Below, piece by piece: positions 24,095 to 35,205 of a DNA stretch of 35,345 nucleotides. The position numbers and the translations under genes are program-made. Origin of the DNA: Lysobacterales bacterium (lineage in GTDB: Bacteria; Pseudomonadota; Gammaproteobacteria; Xanthomonadales; SZUA-5); NCBI GenBank assembly GCA_024710675.1, contig JANJUH010000021.1, positions 1 to 35,345 of the forward strand, read 5' to 3'. Within the stretch, counting starts at the first letter, position 1. The number at the start of each line of letters is the position of its first letter. The notes below the pieces were generated by a model that was given only the letters and a program-made list of their open reading frames with translations, had not been told where the DNA came from and ran no database searches.

Positions 24095-24451
24095 TTACTT
24101 CTTGATCTGCTTGCGCGGACCCTTGCGCGTACGCGCATTGGTACGCGTGCGCTGCCCGCGCACCGGCAGTCCCTTGCGATGGCGCAGGCCGCGATAGCAG
24201 CCAAGGTCCATCAGTCGCTTGACGCTAATGGCCACTTCACGGCGCAGGTCGCCCTCGACCGTGTACTTGCCGATCTCGGCGCGCAGGCGCTCCACTTCGG
24301 CCTCGGTCAGGCTCTTGACCTTGGTCGCCGGATCGACACCAGCGGCGACGCAGACCTCGCGTGCGGTGTTACGGCCGATGCCGTAAATGCTGGTCAGACC
24401 GATCCAAGCATGCTTGTTAACGGGGATGTTCACACCCGCGATACGTGCCAT
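24095..24451 (-). CDS. rpsM: 30S ribosomal protein S13
   Basis: [30 protein letters not shown]..., 118 aa from ATG 24451 with a GGAGAG RBS. The track ORF starts at an upstream TTG. Confidence 0.97.
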   Translation of the reverse strand: MARIAGVNIPVNKHAWIGLTSIYGIGRNTAREVCVAAGVDPATKVKSLTEAEVERLRAEIGKYTVEGDLRREVAISVKRLMDLGCYRGLRHRKGLPVRGQRTRTNARTRKGPRKQIKK

Positions 24452-24552
24452 GACTCTCTCCAAAATCCATGCGCGGCCGGAAGAACCGCCAATATTAACA
24501 GTTTCGACGGCCTTCCGCGCAATCAGCCGCCCCGTCGTTCATCGAAAGCCGC

Positions 24553-25899
24553 CTACTTCAGCAGCCCGCCACGCCCGACGCTCTTGAGGTTTGCCTTCTT
24601 CAGCAAGCTGTCGTACTGGTGCGACATCAGGTGCGCCTGGACCTGCGCCATGAAGTCCATCACCACGACCACCACGATCAGCAACGATGTACCGCCGAAG
24701 TAGAACGGCACATCGAGGTAGATGCGCATGAACTCGGGCAGCAGGCACACCGCCACGAGATAGACCGCGCCAACCGCCGTGAGGCGGGTGAGCACGCCAT
24801 CGATGTAATCCGCCGTGGCCTTGCCGGGGCGAATGCCAGGAATGAGGGCGCCCGACTTCTTGAGGTTGTCAGCCGTCTCCTGGGCGTTGAAGACCAGTGC
24901 GGTGTAGAAAAAGGCGAAGAAGAAAATCAGCGCTCCGTAGAGCAGCATGTGGAGCGGCTGCTCAGGGCCCAGCATTGCGGCAATGCGCTGCAACCAGCGC
25001 GTCTCTTCGCCGGTACCGAACCATGTCGCGGCGGTGGCCGGGAACAGGATCAGGCTCGACGCGAAGATCGGCGGAATGACGCCCGACATGTTGAGCTTGA
25101 GCGGCAAGTGCGACGACTGGTTCTGATACTGCTGGCGCCCAGCCATCCGCCGTGCGTAGTTGACCGTGATCCGGCGCTGCGCACGCTCCATGAACACCAC
25201 GAAAGCGGTCACTGCGACCACAATGGCCAGGACCACGATCACCGCAATGAAACTCAACTGCCCGGTGCTGGCCAGGTCCAGTGTAGAGGCGATCGCGCTC
25301 GGGAAGCCCGCAACGATGCCCGCGAAGATGATGATCGAGATGCCGTTGCCGATACCGCGTTCGGTCACCTGTTCGCCCAACCACATCAGGTACATCGTAC
25401 CGGCCGTCAGGCTGATCACAGCGGTGAGGAGAAAGCCCACACCCGGCGCGATGACCACGTTTCCGCCCTGCTGCTGCAAGGCGAAAGCCACACCGAAGGC
25501 CTGGAAAATCGACAGACCGAGCGTACCCCATCGAGTGTACTTCGCCAGCGTGCGCCGTCCGGCCTCGCCTTCCTTCCGCAGCGCCTGCAGAGAAGGCACC
25601 GCCGTCGCCAGGATCTGCACGACGATCGAGGCCGAGATATAGGGCATCACACCGAGCGCGAAAATCGAGAAGCGCGACAGCGCGCCGCCCGAGAACATGT
25701 TGAGTACGTCGATGATCGTACCGCGCTGCTGCTCCATGAGCTGCAGCATCGCGTCCGGATTGATGCCCGGTACCGGGATGAAGCTGCCGGCCCGGAACAC
25801 GATCAGGGCACCGAGTACGAAGAGCAGGCGCGAGCGCAACTCGGTCAGCCGACCGAGCCCGCCCAGGGCCGATGTCGCTCCGGAGGCTGCGTTCGCCAA
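24553..25899 (-). CDS. secY: Preprotein translocase subunit SecY
   Basis: ...[39 protein letters not shown]... Start is proposed at TTG 25899 (GGAG 7 nt upstream, 4 nt after the rplO stop). The first ATG (25947) would overlap rplO by 44 nt. Stop is at 24553. Confidence 0.93.
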   Translation of the reverse strand: MANAASGATSALGGLGRLTELRSRLLFVLGALIVFRAGSFIPVPGINPDAMLQLMEQQRGTIIDVLNMFSGGALSRFSIFALGVMPYISASIVVQILATAVPSLQALRKEGEAGRRTLAKYTRWGTLGLSIFQAFGVAFALQQQGGNVVIAPGVGFLLTAVISLTAGTMYLMWLGEQVTERGIGNGISIIIFAGIVAGFPSAIASTLDLASTGQLSFIAVIVVLAIVVAVTAFVVFMERAQRRITVNYARRMAGRQQYQNQSSHLPLKLNMSGVIPPIFASSLILFPATAATWFGTGEETRWLQRIAAMLGPEQPLHMLLYGALIFFFAFFYTALVFNAQETADNLKKSGALIPGIRPGKATADYIDGVLTRLTAVGAVYLVAVCLLPEFMRIYLDVPFYFGGTSLLIVVVVVMDFMAQVQAHLMSHQYDSLLKKANLKSVGRGGLLK

Positions 25900-25903
25900 G
25901 GCC

Positions 25904-26338
25904 TTACTCCACGCTGCCGCCGGCAGCCTCGATGGCTGCCTTCGCACCGGCGGTGCAGGCCAGACCCACGACCTTCACCGCGGACTGGATGACACCCTTG
26001 TTGACCACCTTGACGCGACGGATGTCGGCACCGACCAGACCCGCATTCTTCAGGACGGCCAGATCGACTTCCGCCACGCCGAGCGCGGCGACGCGATAGA
26101 GCATCACCTCGGCCGTGAGGTGCGCAGTCCGCGAGCGGAAGCCCACCTTGGGCAGGCGCCGCTGCAGCGGCATCTGGCCGCCCTCGAATCCGGGCTTGAC
26201 CTTGCCCTTGCCGGTACGCGCGTACTGGCCCTTGTGGCCGCGCCCGCAGGTCTTGCCGAGCGTGGAGCCCAGGCCGCGACCGACGCGACGGCGCTCCTTC
26301 TTGCTGCCCTCGGCGGGCTTGATCGTATTGAGCTTCAT
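25904..26338 (-). CDS. rplO: 50S ribosomal protein L15
   Basis: [38 protein letters not shown]... Confidence 0.97.
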   Translation of the reverse strand: MKLNTIKPAEGSKKERRRVGRGLGSTLGKTCGRGHKGQYARTGKGKVKPGFEGGQMPLQRRLPKVGFRSRTAHLTAEVMLYRVAALGVAEVDLAVLKNAGLVGADIRRVKVVNKGVIQSAVKVVGLACTAGAKAAIEAAGGSVE

Positions 26339-26363
26339 GCTTGCTGCTCCAGGTTCGGGTCGA

Positions 26364-26558
26364 TCAGGATTCGACGCGAACCAGATAGTTGACCTTGTTG
26401 ATCAGGCCGCGGACGCTGGGGCTGTCCTTCAGCTCGACGACCTGGTGCATGCGCTTCAGGCCCAGCGCCTTGACGCATAGGCGATGACGCTCCGGCGTGC
26501 TGTTGGGACTGCGTACCAGCTTGACGCGGACGGTGCCACCGGCGTTCTCACTGCTCAT
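26364..26558 (-). CDS. rpmD: 50S ribosomal protein L30
   Basis: ...[55 protein letters not shown]. It overlaps the rpsE stop by 11 nt. Confidence 0.95.
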   Translation of the reverse strand: MSSENAGGTVRVKLVRSPNSTPERHRLCVKALGLKRMHQVVELKDSPSVRGLINKVNYLVRVES

Positions 26559-27066
26559 GGTTGCTCTTCCCCATCAATTCCGCGAGACGCTTGCCACGCT
26601 TGGCCGCGTAGTCGCCAGGAGCCGCCATGCGGGCCAGACCCTTGACGGTCGCACGGACCAGGTTGATCGGATTGCGCGACCCGAAGGACTTCGCCAACAC
26701 GTTTTGCACGCCGACGACTTCGAACACGGCGCGCATTGCGCCGCCGGCGATCACGCCGGTACCGTCCGACGCCGGCTGCATGTGCACCTTGGCAGCACCA
26801 TGGTTACCCTGCGTGCCGTACCACAGCGTGCCGTTGTTGAGGCTGACCTTGACCATGTTGCGGCGGGCACGATCCATGGCCTTGGAGATCGCGGCCGGCA
26901 CCTCACGGGCCTTGCCGTAACCGATGCCGACCCGGCCATTGCCATCGCCGACCACGGTCAGGGCGGTAAAGCCGAACTGGCGGCCACCCTTGACGACCTT
27001 GGCCACGCGATTGACCGCAACCAGCTTCTCGAGCAGGCCGTCAGAACTTTCGTTTTCGTTGCTCAT
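26548..27066 (-). CDS. rpsE: 30S ribosomal protein S5
   Basis: Start at [47 protein letters not shown]... (ATG 27066). 172 aa. Confidence 0.96.
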   Translation of the reverse strand: MSNENESSDGLLEKLVAVNRVAKVVKGGRQFGFTALTVVGDGNGRVGIGYGKAREVPAAISKAMDRARRNMVKVSLNNGTLWYGTQGNHGAAKVHMQPASDGTGVIAGGAMRAVFEVVGVQNVLAKSFGSRNPINLVRATVKGLARMAAPGDYAAKRGKRLAELMGKSNHEQ

Positions 27067-27079
27067 GCTCTTTTCCTGC

Positions 27080-27442
27080 TCAGAACTTGAGGCCGGCTTC
27101 ACGCGCCGCGTCGGCGAGCGCCTGGATGCGGCCGTGATACTTGAAGCCGGAGCGATCGAAGGCGACCGCCTCGACACCAGCCGCCAGCGCGCGCTGCGCG
27201 ACTGCACGGCCCACGGCGGCTGCCGCTGTCTTGTTCTTGGTGCCCTTCAGGTCGGCCGCCACGGCCTTCTGCACCGTCGACGCCGCTGCCAGCACCTGCC
27301 CGCCCTCGGCCGACAACACCTGGGCGTAGATATGCTGACCGCTGCGATGAACGGTCAGCCGCGGAACACCGAGTTCCCGAATCCGAAACCGTGTCGTCTT
27401 CGCGCGGCGAAGACGAGCTTCCCTCTTTACCACCTTGGCCAT
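27080..27442 (-). CDS. rplR: 50S ribosomal protein L18
   Basis: [42 protein letters not shown]... Confidence 0.97.
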   Translation of the reverse strand: MAKVVKREARLRRAKTTRFRIRELGVPRLTVHRSGQHIYAQVLSAEGGQVLAAASTVQKAVAADLKGTKNKTAAAAVGRAVAQRALAAGVEAVAFDRSGFKYHGRIQALADAAREAGLKF

Positions 27443-27474
27443 GGCTTGTCCTTTACGACTGATGAAGTCCCTTA

Positions 27475-28002
27475 TCAGGCCTTCTTCGCTTCCTTGAGCG
27501 TGATCTTCTCACCGCTGTAACGCACACCCTTGCCCTTGTAGGGTTCGGGCGGACGGAACGCGCGAATCTTGGCGGCGACCTGTCCGACAGCCTGCTTGTC
27601 GGCGCCCTTGATCAGCACCTCCGTCTGGGTCGGCGTCTCGATGGTGATGCCGGCCGGAACCGGGAACACGACCGGATGCGAGAAACCCAGCGTCAGATTG
27701 AGGTCCTTGCCCTGCATCGAGGCGCGATAGCCGACGCCCACCAGTTCGAGCTTGCGCTCGTATCCGGCCGACACGCCCTGGATGCAGTTTGCGATCAGCG
27801 CCCTGACGGTTCCCGCAATGGCCGCGTGCTGGCTCAGGTCGGCCTCGACCCTCGCCTCGCTGCCTTCAATGGCGAGCGACACACCCGTCGGCTGCGCCAG
27901 CGCGAGCTGGCCCTTGGGCCCCTTGATCGAGATCTGACCACCCTGGCAGGACACTTCCACGCCCTTGGGAAGGTTGATCGGCTTTTTGGCAACTCGTGAC
28001 AT
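27475..28002 (-). CDS. rplF: 50S ribosomal protein L6
   Basis: [31 protein letters not shown]...[10 protein letters not shown]... Confidence 0.97.
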   Translation of the reverse strand: MSRVAKKPINLPKGVEVSCQGGQISIKGPKGQLALAQPTGVSLAIEGSEARVEADLSQHAAIAGTVRALIANCIQGVSAGYERKLELVGVGYRASMQGKDLNLTLGFSHPVVFPVPAGITIETPTQTEVLIKGADKQAVGQVAAKIRAFRPPEPYKGKGVRYSGEKITLKEAKKA

Positions 28003-28019
28003 GACTGTGTCCTCCCCGA

Positions 28020-28418
28020 TCAGGCCACGACGCAGATGACTTCGCCGCCCACACCCTGTTCGCGGGCGCGGGCATCGGTCATCAAGCCCTTCGGCGTCGA
28101 GACGATCGCGATGCCGAGGCCACCAAGGACCTTGGGCAGGGCATCCTTGCCGCGGTAGCTCCGCAGACCGGGACGACTCACTCGCTGCAACTTCTCGATG
28201 ACCGGTCGGCCCTGGAAGTACTTCAGCTTTACATTCAGCACGCGCTTCCCCGGACCGGCGTCTGCCGTGGCCACGTCTTCGACGTAGCCCTCTTCCTTGA
28301 GGAGCTCTGCAATCGCGAGCTTCACTCGCGAGGCGGGCATGCTGACGCTCGGCTTGCCCATGGCTTGGGCGTTGCGGATGCGCGTCAGCATGTCGGCGAT
28401 GGGGTCGGTCATGCTCAT
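28020..28418 (-). CDS. rpsH: 30S ribosomal protein S8
   Basis: [22 protein letters not shown]...GGEVICVVA. Confidence 0.97.
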   Translation of the reverse strand: MSMTDPIADMLTRIRNAQAMGKPSVSMPASRVKLAIAELLKEEGYVEDVATADAGPGKRVLNVKLKYFQGRPVIEKLQRVSRPGLRSYRGKDALPKVLGGLGIAIVSTPKGLMTDARAREQGVGGEVICVVA

Positions 28419-28442
28419 GGCGTTTACCTGATTTCCTTGTTC

Positions 28443-28748
28443 TTACCAGCTGGCCTTGCGCAGGCCCGGCACGTCACCACGCATCGTGGCTTCGCGCAGC
28501 TTGTTGCGGCCCAGACCGAACTTGCGGTAGTAGCCGCGGGGACGACCGGAGAGCACGCAGCGATTGCGCTGGCGGGTCGGGCTGGAGTCGCGCGGCAGTT
28601 TCTGCAGCTTGGCCTGCGCCTCCATCTTCTCCTCGTAGCTCGCGGTGGCGCTGATGAGGATTTTCTTCAGTTCGACCCGCTTCGCGCCGTGGCGCTTCGC
28701 CAGCTTCTCGCGCTTGATCTCGCGGTTCACCATCGACTTCTTGGCCAT
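28443..28748 (-). CDS. rpsN: 30S ribosomal protein S14 (long form, no zinc-binding motif)
   Basis: [20 protein letters not shown]...[26 protein letters not shown]...PGLRKASW. It has a single Cys, so no CxxC pairs. Confidence 0.97.
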   Translation of the reverse strand: MAKKSMVNREIKREKLAKRHGAKRVELKKILISATASYEEKMEAQAKLQKLPRDSSPTRQRNRCVLSGRPRGYYRKFGLGRNKLREATMRGDVPGLRKASW

Positions 28749-28763
28749 AACGATTCCGGAGCC

Positions 28764-29306
28764 TCAGTTGCGGAAAGGGAAGCCGAAGCCTTCCAGAAGG
28801 GCCTTGGCCTCCTGGTCGGTCTTGGCGGTGGTGGTCACGCAGATGTCCATGCCGCGGAGCGCGTCGACCTGGTCGAAGTCGATCTCCGGGAAAATGATCT
28901 GCTCCTTCACGCCGAAGTTGTAGTTGCCACGGCCGTCGAAGGCCCGACCCGACACGCCGCGAAAGTCGCGGACACGCGGCAGGGCCACATTGACCAGACG
29001 ATCGAGGAACTCGAACATGTGCCGGCGACGCAGGGTCACCTTGCAGCCGATCGGCCAGCCATCGCGGATCTTGAAGGTCGCGATCGACTTGCGCGCCAGC
29101 GTCGCCACAGGCTTCTGGCCGGCAATCTTGGTCATGTCCTCGATGGCGTTCTCGAGCACCTTCTTGTTGCCCACAGCCTCACCCACGCCCATGTTCAGCG
29201 TGATCTTGACGAGGCGCGGCACCTGCATCACGTTCTCGTACCCGAACTTCTTCATCAGGCCCGGAACGACCGTGTCCCGGTAATAGCTTTCGAGTCTGGC
29301 GCTCAC
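28764..29306 (-). CDS. rplE: 50S ribosomal protein L5
   Basis: (GTG)[43 protein letters not shown]... Confidence 0.97.
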   Translation of the reverse strand: MSARLESYYRDTVVPGLMKKFGYENVMQVPRLVKITLNMGVGEAVGNKKVLENAIEDMTKIAGQKPVATLARKSIATFKIRDGWPIGCKVTLRRRHMFEFLDRLVNVALPRVRDFRGVSGRAFDGRGNYNFGVKEQIIFPEIDFDQVDALRGMDICVTTTAKTDQEAKALLEGFGFPFRN

Positions 29307-29317
29307 GGCGTGTCCCT

Positions 29318-29650
29318 TTAGACGATGTCGACGACTTCGCCGGTGGAGCGGTACACACGTACCTTGCGCTCCACCCCGGCGTCGTTCTTGATGAACTTGA
29401 AACTGACCTTGTCGCCCTTCTGCGTCTTCGGATTGAAGAGCATCACGTTCGACGCGTCGATGGATGCCTCGCGCTCGACGATGCCACCGGGCTGGTTGGC
29501 CTGGGGATTCGCCTTGGTGTGGCGCTTGACGACGTTCACATTCTCGACGAACACGCGACCACCAGTGGTCACGCGGGTCACCTGGCCCTTACGGCCTTTG
29601 TCCTTGCCGGCGATCACGACGACCTGATCGCCCTTACGGATGCGGTTCAT
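29318..29650 (-). CDS. rplX: 50S ribosomal protein L24
   Basis: [27 protein letters not shown]... Confidence 0.97.
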   Translation of the reverse strand: MNRIRKGDQVVVIAGKDKGRKGQVTRVTTGGRVFVENVNVVKRHTKANPQANQPGGIVEREASIDASNVMLFNPKTQKGDKVSFKFIKNDAGVERKVRVYRSTGEVVDIV

Positions 29651-29657
29651 GACAACC

Positions 29658-30026
29658 TCACAGAACTTCGGGAGCCAGGGACACGATCTTCATGAAGCGC
29701 TCGGAGCGCAATTCGCGCGTCACCGGCCCGAAGATGCGGGTGCCGATCGGCTCCAGCTTGTTGTTCAACAGAACGGCAGCGTTGCCGTCGAAGCGCAGCA
29801 GCGAGCCATCGGGACGACGCACGCCCTTGCGGGTACGGACCACGACCGCGTCGTAAACCTCACCCTTCTTGACCTTGCCGCGCGGGATCGCATCGCGCAC
29901 CGACACCTTGATGACGTCCCCGATGTTGGCATAGCGGCGCTTGCTGCCACCGAGCACCTTGATGCACATCAGTTCCTTGGCACCACTGTTGTCGGCGGCG
30001 GCGAGCGTGGTCTGCATCTGGATCAT
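29658..30026 (-). CDS. rplN: 50S ribosomal protein L14
   Basis: Start at [33 protein letters not shown]... (ATG 30026). 122 aa. The track ORF is over-extended. Confidence 0.97.
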   Translation of the reverse strand: MIQMQTTLAAADNSGAKELMCIKVLGGSKRRYANIGDVIKVSVRDAIPRGKVKKGEVYDAVVVRTRKGVRRPDGSLLRFDGNAAVLLNNKLEPIGTRIFGPVTRELRSERFMKIVSLAPEVL

Positions 30027-30037
30027 GACTGCTCTCC

Positions 30038-30310
30038 TTACTCGCCGGCCCGGCGGACGATCTCCGTCACCAGGTAGCTCTTGGTCTTCGACATCGGCCG
30101 GCACGAAGTGATCTGGACGGTGTCACCTTCGCGCGCACCCAGCTCGTCATGGGCGTGGAACCGGGTCGAGCGACGGATGTACTTGCCGTACACCGAGTGC
30201 TGGACCTGCCGCTCCACGAGCACGGTCACCGTCTTCTGCATCTTGTCGCTGACGACGACGCCCACCAGCGGACGGGCCTTCTTCTTCGCTTCCTGCTGCT
30301 GCTCGCTCAT
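30038..30310 (-). CDS. rpsQ: 30S ribosomal protein S17
   Basis: ...[43 protein letters not shown].... ATGA overlap with the rpmC stop. Confidence 0.97.
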   Translation of the reverse strand: MSEQQQEAKKKARPLVGVVVSDKMQKTVTVLVERQVQHSVYGKYIRRSTRFHAHDELGAREGDTVQITSCRPMSKTKSYLVTEIVRRAGE

Positions 30311-30507
30311 GACTTGCTCTTCCGTTCCATCTCGCCGATCACCGTCTTGACGCGGGCGATGTCGCGACGCGCACGCTTGACCTGGTGCAGTTGTGCCTGC
30401 TGGCCCTGCGCGCGCTGCATGCGCAGGTTGAACTGTTCACGGCGCAGCTCGACGATGGTTTCCTCGAGCTCGGACACCGACTTCTTGCGGAGATCACTGG
30501 CGTTCAT
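30307..30507 (-). CDS. rpmC: 50S ribosomal protein L29
   Basis: [33 protein letters not shown].... ATG 30507 shares one nucleotide with the rplP TGA. An in-frame GTG one codon upstream (30510) is the track start. Confidence 0.95.
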   Translation of the reverse strand: MNASDLRKKSVSELEETIVELRREQFNLRMQRAQGQQAQLHQVKRARRDIARVKTVIGEMERKSKS

Positions 30508-30920
30508 CACAGCACCGTCCGGGTCACGAAGGTGGTCTTCACCGAGAGTTTGGCGGCGGCGAGAGCCAGAGCTTCGCGGGCCTGGGCCTCGGAGACGCCC
30601 TCCATTTCGTAGATCATCCGACCGGGCTGGATCTGGGCCACGTAGTACTCGACGTTGCCCTTGCCGTTACCCATTCGAACCTCGATCGGCTTCTTGCTGA
30701 TCGGCTTGTCCGGGAACACGCGGATCCACAGCTTGCCGCCGCGCTTGACATAGCGCGAAATCGTGCGGCGCGCTGCCTCGATCTGGCGGGCGGTCAGCTG
30801 GCCGTGTTCGACGGCCTTCAGGCCGTACTCGCCGAAGCTGACCTTGTTGGCCACGTGCGCGAGGCCCCGGTTGCGGCCCTTGTGCGCCTTGCGGTACTTG
30901 GTACGTGATGGCTGCAGCAT
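30507..30920 (-). CDS. rplP: 50S ribosomal protein L16
   Basis: [21 protein letters not shown]... Confidence 0.97.
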   Translation of the reverse strand: MLQPSRTKYRKAHKGRNRGLAHVANKVSFGEYGLKAVEHGQLTARQIEAARRTISRYVKRGGKLWIRVFPDKPISKKPIEVRMGNGKGNVEYYVAQIQPGRMIYEMEGVSEAQAREALALAAAKLSVKTTFVTRTVL

Positions 30921-30932
30921 GGTCCTTGCTCC

Positions 30933-31610
30933 TTACTTCGCCGTCGCACGCTCGGCCTTGGAATCGGCCGGCTGTGCGTGCAGGTCGAAGATGTCGCCGC
31001 GGTAGATCCACACCTTGACGCCAATGACGCCATAGGTGGTCCTCGCCTCGGCGAAACCGTAATCGATGTCCGCGCGAAGCGTGTGCAGCGGCACACGACC
31101 CTCACGGTACCACTCCGAGCGCGCAATCTCGGCACCATTGAGGCGGCCGGACACGTGCACCTTGACGCCGAGCGCCCCGAGGCGAAGCGCGCTCTGGACC
31201 GCGCGCTTCATCGCGCGACGGAACATGATGCGACGCTCGAGCTGCTGGGTGATCGATTCGGCCACGAGCTGGGCATCCAGTTCGGGCTTGCGAATCTCGG
31301 CAACATTGATGTGCGTCGGGACGCCCATCAAGTCGGACACGTCCTTGCGCAGCTTCTCGATGTCCTCGCCCTTCTTGCCGATCACCACGCCCGGACGCGC
31401 CGAGTGGATGGTGATGCGCGCGGTCTTGGCCGGACGCTCGATCTGGATCTTGCTGATGCCGGCTTGCGCCAGGCGCGACTTCAGGTACTCACGCACCTTC
31501 AGGTCGGCGGCGAGGTAGCCAGCGAAGTCCTTGCGCGCCGCGAACCATTTCGAGTTCCAGTCGCGCGAGATGCCGAGGCGAATGCCGATCGGATTGACTT
31601 TATGACCCAT
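30933..31610 (-). CDS. rpsC: 30S ribosomal protein S3
   Basis: Start at [24 protein letters not shown]... (ATG 31610). 225 aa. Confidence 0.97.
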   Translation of the reverse strand: MGHKVNPIGIRLGISRDWNSKWFAARKDFAGYLAADLKVREYLKSRLAQAGISKIQIERPAKTARITIHSARPGVVIGKKGEDIEKLRKDVSDLMGVPTHINVAEIRKPELDAQLVAESITQQLERRIMFRRAMKRAVQSALRLGALGVKVHVSGRLNGAEIARSEWYREGRVPLHTLRADIDYGFAEARTTYGVIGVKVWIYRGDIFDLHAQPADSKAERATAK

Positions 31611-31620
31611 GGACGGCTCC

Positions 31621-31962
31621 TCAGCTCGCTCGGCCGTCGCCAACGACGACGGTGATGTGGGCGGTACGCTTGACGATGCGGTTCGCACGGCCCTTGGCAC
31701 GGGCGTGCAGGCGCTTCAGGCGCGGACCCTCGTCGACGAAGATGCTCGTGACCTTCAGCTCGTCCACGTCGGCACCGAGGTTGTTCTCGGCATTCGACAC
31801 CGCCGACAACAGGACCTTGCGGATCATCCCGGCGGCCTTTTTCGGGCTGAAGGTGAGGAGCTGTTCGGCCGGCCCCACCGCCAGACCACGAACCTGGTCG
31901 GCGACCAGGCGGGCCTTCTGCGGAGAAATCCGGGCAGTACGCAGGATTGCACGCGCTTCCAT
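31621..31962 (-). CDS. rplV: 50S ribosomal protein L22
   Basis: Start at [26 protein letters not shown]... (ATG 31962). 113 aa. Confidence 0.97.
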   Translation of the reverse strand: MEARAILRTARISPQKARLVADQVRGLAVGPAEQLLTFSPKKAAGMIRKVLLSAVSNAENNLGADVDELKVTSIFVDEGPRLKRLHARAKGRANRIVKRTAHITVVVGDGRAS

Positions 31963-31964
31963 GA

Positions 31965-32240
31965 TTACCTCCCCGCCTTCTTGTCGCCCGAGTGCCCCTT
32001 GAAGGTGCGCGTCGGGGCGAATTCGCCGAGCTTGTGCCCGACCATGTTCTCGTTGACGATGACCGGCACGTGCAGGCGACCGTTGTGCACGGCAATGGTC
32101 AGGCCGACCATCTCCGGCAGGATCATCGAACGACGCGACCAGGTCTTGATCGGCTTCTTGCTGTTGCTTGCCGCCGCCGACTCCACCTTGCGGAGGAGGT
32201 GCATGTCGGCAAACGGACCTTTCTTCAATGAACGCGACAT
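31965..32240 (-). CDS. rpsS: 30S ribosomal protein S19
   Basis: [20 protein letters not shown]...[10 protein letters not shown]...[16 protein letters not shown]. Confidence 0.97.
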   Translation of the reverse strand: MSRSLKKGPFADMHLLRKVESAAASNSKKPIKTWSRRSMILPEMVGLTIAVHNGRLHVPVIVNENMVGHKLGEFAPTRTFKGHSGDKKAGR

Positions 32241-32255
32241 GATCCCTTACCTCGC

Positions 32256-33083
32256 TCAGGAGCTGCGACGACGGACGATGAAGCCGTCGGTGCGCTTGTT
32301 CTTCCGGGTCTTGTAACCCTTGGCCGGAGTTCCCCACGGGGAAACCGGGTGCGGATTGCCCTGGCCCGAGCGGCCCTCGCCACCGCCATGCGGATGGTCG
32401 ACCGGGTTCATCGCGGCGCCACGGACGGTCGGCTTGATGCCGCGCCAACGCTTCGCGCCAGCCTTGCCCAGCGACTCCAGGTTGTGCTCGGAGTTGGAGA
32501 CCTCGCCCACACAGGCGCGGCAATCAGCCGGCACCTTGCGCATCTCGCCGGAGCGCAGGCGCAGCGTCGCATAACCCTGCTCGCGGGCGATGAGCTGGCA
32601 GGAGCTGCCGGCCGAACGGGCCAACTGCGCACCCTTGCCGGGCTTCATCTCGACACAGTGAACGGTGCTGCCGATCGGCATGTTGCGCAGCGGCAAGCAG
32701 TTGCCGACCTTGATCGGCGCATCCCGGCCGGACAGCAGGGTGTCGCCCACCTGCACGCCACGCGGCGCGACGATGTAGCGGCGCTCGCCGTCGGTGTACA
32801 GCAGCAAGGCGATGTGCGCGGTGCGGTTGGGGTCGTACTCGACCCGCTCGACACGTGCAGCGATGCCGTCCTTGTCGCGCTTGAAATCGATCAGGCGATA
32901 GTGCTGGCGCGAACCACCACCACGATGGCGCGTGGTGATCCTGCCATGGTGATTGCGACCACCCGTCTTGGACTGCGGTTCGGTCAGCGGCTTGTACGGG
33001 CCTTCCTTGTGCAGCCCGGGCGTCACGACACGGACGACGCCACGGCGACCGGCAGAAGTGGGCTTAACTTTGATCAGAGGCAT
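32256..33083 (-). CDS. rplB: 50S ribosomal protein L2
   Basis: Start at [17 protein letters not shown]... (ATG 33083). 275 aa. ...[13 protein letters not shown]... Confidence 0.97.
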   Translation of the reverse strand: MPLIKVKPTSAGRRGVVRVVTPGLHKEGPYKPLTEPQSKTGGRNHHGRITTRHRGGGSRQHYRLIDFKRDKDGIAARVERVEYDPNRTAHIALLLYTDGERRYIVAPRGVQVGDTLLSGRDAPIKVGNCLPLRNMPIGSTVHCVEMKPGKGAQLARSAGSSCQLIAREQGYATLRLRSGEMRKVPADCRACVGEVSNSEHNLESLGKAGAKRWRGIKPTVRGAAMNPVDHPHGGGEGRSGQGNPHPVSPWGTPAKGYKTRKNKRTDGFIVRRRSS

Positions 33084-33096
33084 GTCCCGATCCTTC

Positions 33097-33402
33097 TTAG
33101 GGCTGGGCGCCGAAATCGATGGACTGGCCATCGGCCAGCGTGACATAGGCCTTGCGCCAACCACTGCGCTGGCCCGGGCGACCACGGAATCCCTTGGCCT
33201 TGCCCTTGACGTTCAGCACCTGAACGCCATCCACCTTGACCTTGAACAGCGTCTCGACGGCCTCCTTGACATCCACGCGGGTGGCGTCGGTGGCGACCTC
33301 GAACACATATTGGTTGTGCTTGGCCTGGATCCGCGCGGCCTTCTCGGAGATGCGCGGGCGGATCAGGACGGTATAGAGGCGCTCAGCATTCACGACAGCC
33401 AC
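33097..33402 (-). CDS. rplW: 50S ribosomal protein L23
   Basis: ...[32 protein letters not shown].... Start is ambiguous. GTG 33402 is the track start. GTG 33393 forms a GTGA overlap with the rplD stop and gives 98 aa. Confidence 0.93.
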   Translation of the reverse strand: MAVVNAERLYTVLIRPRISEKAARIQAKHNQYVFEVATDATRVDVKEAVETLFKVKVDGVQVLNVKGKAKGFRGRPGQRSGWRKAYVTLADGQSIDFGAQP

Positions 33403-33995
33403 TCCTCGATCTTCTTCACCGCGCCGACAGTCAGCACGAGCGCATCGGACTGGACGAGGTCCACCGGGTTCATGCCATGCACGTCGACGACGTTGACGTA
33501 GGGGATGTTGCGAGCCGCGAGGTAGGTCGCCTCGGACACGTCCTCGGAAACCACCACGGCGCGCGGCCCGGCGACATCAAGCGCGGCCAGCTTGGCCATG
33601 AAGGCCTTGGTCTTCGGCTGCTCGACCTCGAAGGCATCGACGATGTGCACTCGGCCCTGGCGCAGGAGCTCCGACAGGATCGCGCTCATCGCGCCCTGGT
33701 ACATCTTGCGGTTGACCTTCTGCGCAAAACTGCGGGGACGGGCCGCGAAGGACACGCCGCCACCAACGAAAATCGGCGCACGATAGTCACCGTGGCGGGC
33801 GCCGCCACCCTTCTGCTTCTTGAACTTCTTGGTCGTGCCGGTGACCTCGGCGCGCGTCTTCTGCGCCTTGGTGCCCGCGCGGCCCGCATTGCGGTACGCG
33901 GTGACGACCTGGTGCACGAGCGCCTCGGAGAACGGGCGGTTGAACACCGTATCGGATACTTGGACGGGGCTGCCGCCCTTCACTGCGAGTTCCAT
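33390..33995 (-). CDS. rplD: 50S ribosomal protein L4
   Basis: [51 protein letters not shown]... Confidence 0.97.
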   Translation of the reverse strand: MELAVKGGSPVQVSDTVFNRPFSEALVHQVVTAYRNAGRAGTKAQKTRAEVTGTTKKFKKQKGGGARHGDYRAPIFVGGGVSFAARPRSFAQKVNRKMYQGAMSAILSELLRQGRVHIVDAFEVEQPKTKAFMAKLAALDVAGPRAVVVSEDVSEATYLAARNIPYVNVVDVHGMNPVDLVQSDALVLTVGAVKKIEEWLS

Positions 33996-34005
33996 CTCAG
34001 TTCCC

Positions 34006-34650
34006 TCAGGCCTTCGTCTTGGCGGCCGGCCGCACGATCACGTCACCACCGGGCGCACCCGGGATGGCGCCGCGGACGAGCAGCAGGTTGCGTTCGGCAT
34101 CCACGCGCACCACTTCGAGGTTCTGCGCGGTGTCGCGTTCGGCACCCATGTGGCCCGCCATCTTCTTGCCCTTGAACACGCGACCCGGCGTCTGACGCTG
34201 GCCGATGGAACCCGGCGAACGATGGCTCAGCGAGTTGCCGTGGGTGGCGTCACCCATCGTGAAGTTCCAGCGCTTGATGGTGCCCGCGAAACCCTTGCCG
34301 CGCGTGGTGCCAGCGACATCGACCATCTGGCCGACGCTGAAGACATCAGCCTTCAACTCGGCGCCCGGCGCGAAATTGGCGCTCTCGCCAGCACCGAGGC
34401 GGAACTCCCAGAGTCCGCGACCGGCGCCGGTTCCCGCCTTGGCGTAGTGGCCGGCGAGCGGCTTGTTGACAAGCGCTGCGCGCTTGCTGCCGGTGGTGAC
34501 CTGGATGGCCTCGTAGCCGTCATTGTCGACGGTCTTGACCTGGGTCACACGATTGGGCTCGACCTCGATGACCGAAACGGGAACGGACTCGCCGCTCTCG
34601 AGGAAGACCCGGGACATGCCGCACTTGCGGCCAATCAATCCGATTGCCAT
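34006..34650 (-). CDS. rplC: 50S ribosomal protein L3
   Basis: Start at [16 protein letters not shown]... (ATG 34650). 214 aa. Confidence 0.97.
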   Translation of the reverse strand: MAIGLIGRKCGMSRVFLESGESVPVSVIEVEPNRVTQVKTVDNDGYEAIQVTTGSKRAALVNKPLAGHYAKAGTGAGRGLWEFRLGAGESANFAPGAELKADVFSVGQMVDVAGTTRGKGFAGTIKRWNFTMGDATHGNSLSHRSPGSIGQRQTPGRVFKGKKMAGHMGAERDTAQNLEVVRVDAERNLLLVRGAIPGAPGGDVIVRPAAKTKA

Positions 34651-34669
34651 GACTGATCCCTTCCCTCGC

Positions 34670-34987
34670 TCAGTAGAGCTTGATCTGGACGTCAACGCCG
34701 GCGGCGAGGTCCAGTTTCATGAGCGCATCGACCGTCTTGTCATTCGGGTCGACGATATCCATCACGCGCTTGTGCGTACGGGTCTCGTACTGGTCGCGCG
34801 CGTCCTTGTCGACGTGCGGCGACACGAGCACCGTGTAGCGCTCGATCTTGGTCGGAAGAGGAATAGGACCACGGACCTGCGCGCCGGTACGGCGGGCGGT
34901 CTCGACGATCTCGCTGGCAGACTTGTCGATCAGACGATAATCGAAAGCCTTCAGCCGAATACGAATTCGCTGCTGATGCTGAGCCAT
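34670..34987 (-). CDS. rpsJ: 30S ribosomal protein S10
   Basis: [46 protein letters not shown]... Confidence 0.98.
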   Translation of the reverse strand: MAQHQQRIRIRLKAFDYRLIDKSASEIVETARRTGAQVRGPIPLPTKIERYTVLVSPHVDKDARDQYETRTHKRVMDIVDPNDKTVDALMKLDLAAGVDVQIKLY

Positions 34988-35171
34988 GTTTTCTCTCCGT
35001 AGCGGTGATCACGCCGCGCATTTCGCGCGTTCGCCACATCCTTGAGCCTGCGCTCCACCGCCGATGTTGTCCCCACCCGCACCGCGGGTGAGAGGGCCGC
35101 GGACAATAGCCCGCGGCGGTATCGGTTACCACTACACCCGGAACTACCTGTTCAGGGTTTGTTTACTTGGA
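34988..35171 (-). promoter_or_regulatory. Structured S10-operon leader / promoter region
   Basis: The long tuf-rpsJ spacer contains three GC hairpins: CGCGC-ATTTC-GCGCG (35015-35029), CACCCGC-ACC-GCGGGTG (35074-35090) and GCCGCGG-ACAATAGC-CCGCGGC (35096-35117). The RBS GGAGAG lies just before rpsJ. No clear -35/-10 could be assigned. Confidence 0.4.
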
Positions 35172-35193
35172 CTGAGGGCCTCCTGGCCCTCAG
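35172..35193 (-). terminator. Stem-loop 12 nt downstream of tuf (terminator/processing candidate)
   Basis: CTGAGGGCC-TCCT-GGCCCTCAG, a perfect 9-bp stem. No U-tract follows on the minus-strand transcript. Confidence 0.4.
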
Positions 35194-35205
35194 CCCGGCA
35201 CTTCC

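Noticed and set aside
24452-24552. Expected rpmJ (L36) gene between secY and rpsM
   Set aside because: The gap is too short (101 nt versus 117 nt needed). Its only minus-strand ORF is 15 codons and is unrelated to L36.
23711-24703. Long plus-strand ORFs antisense to ribosomal protein, secY and rpoA genes (also 22735..23727, 24619..25992, 28365..29321, 32349..33143, 33477..34175, 33820..34656)
   Set aside because: All lie opposite highly conserved, confidently identified genes. High GC suppresses stop codons in antisense frames. The products are Arg/Ala/Gly/Asp-rich with no recognisable domains.
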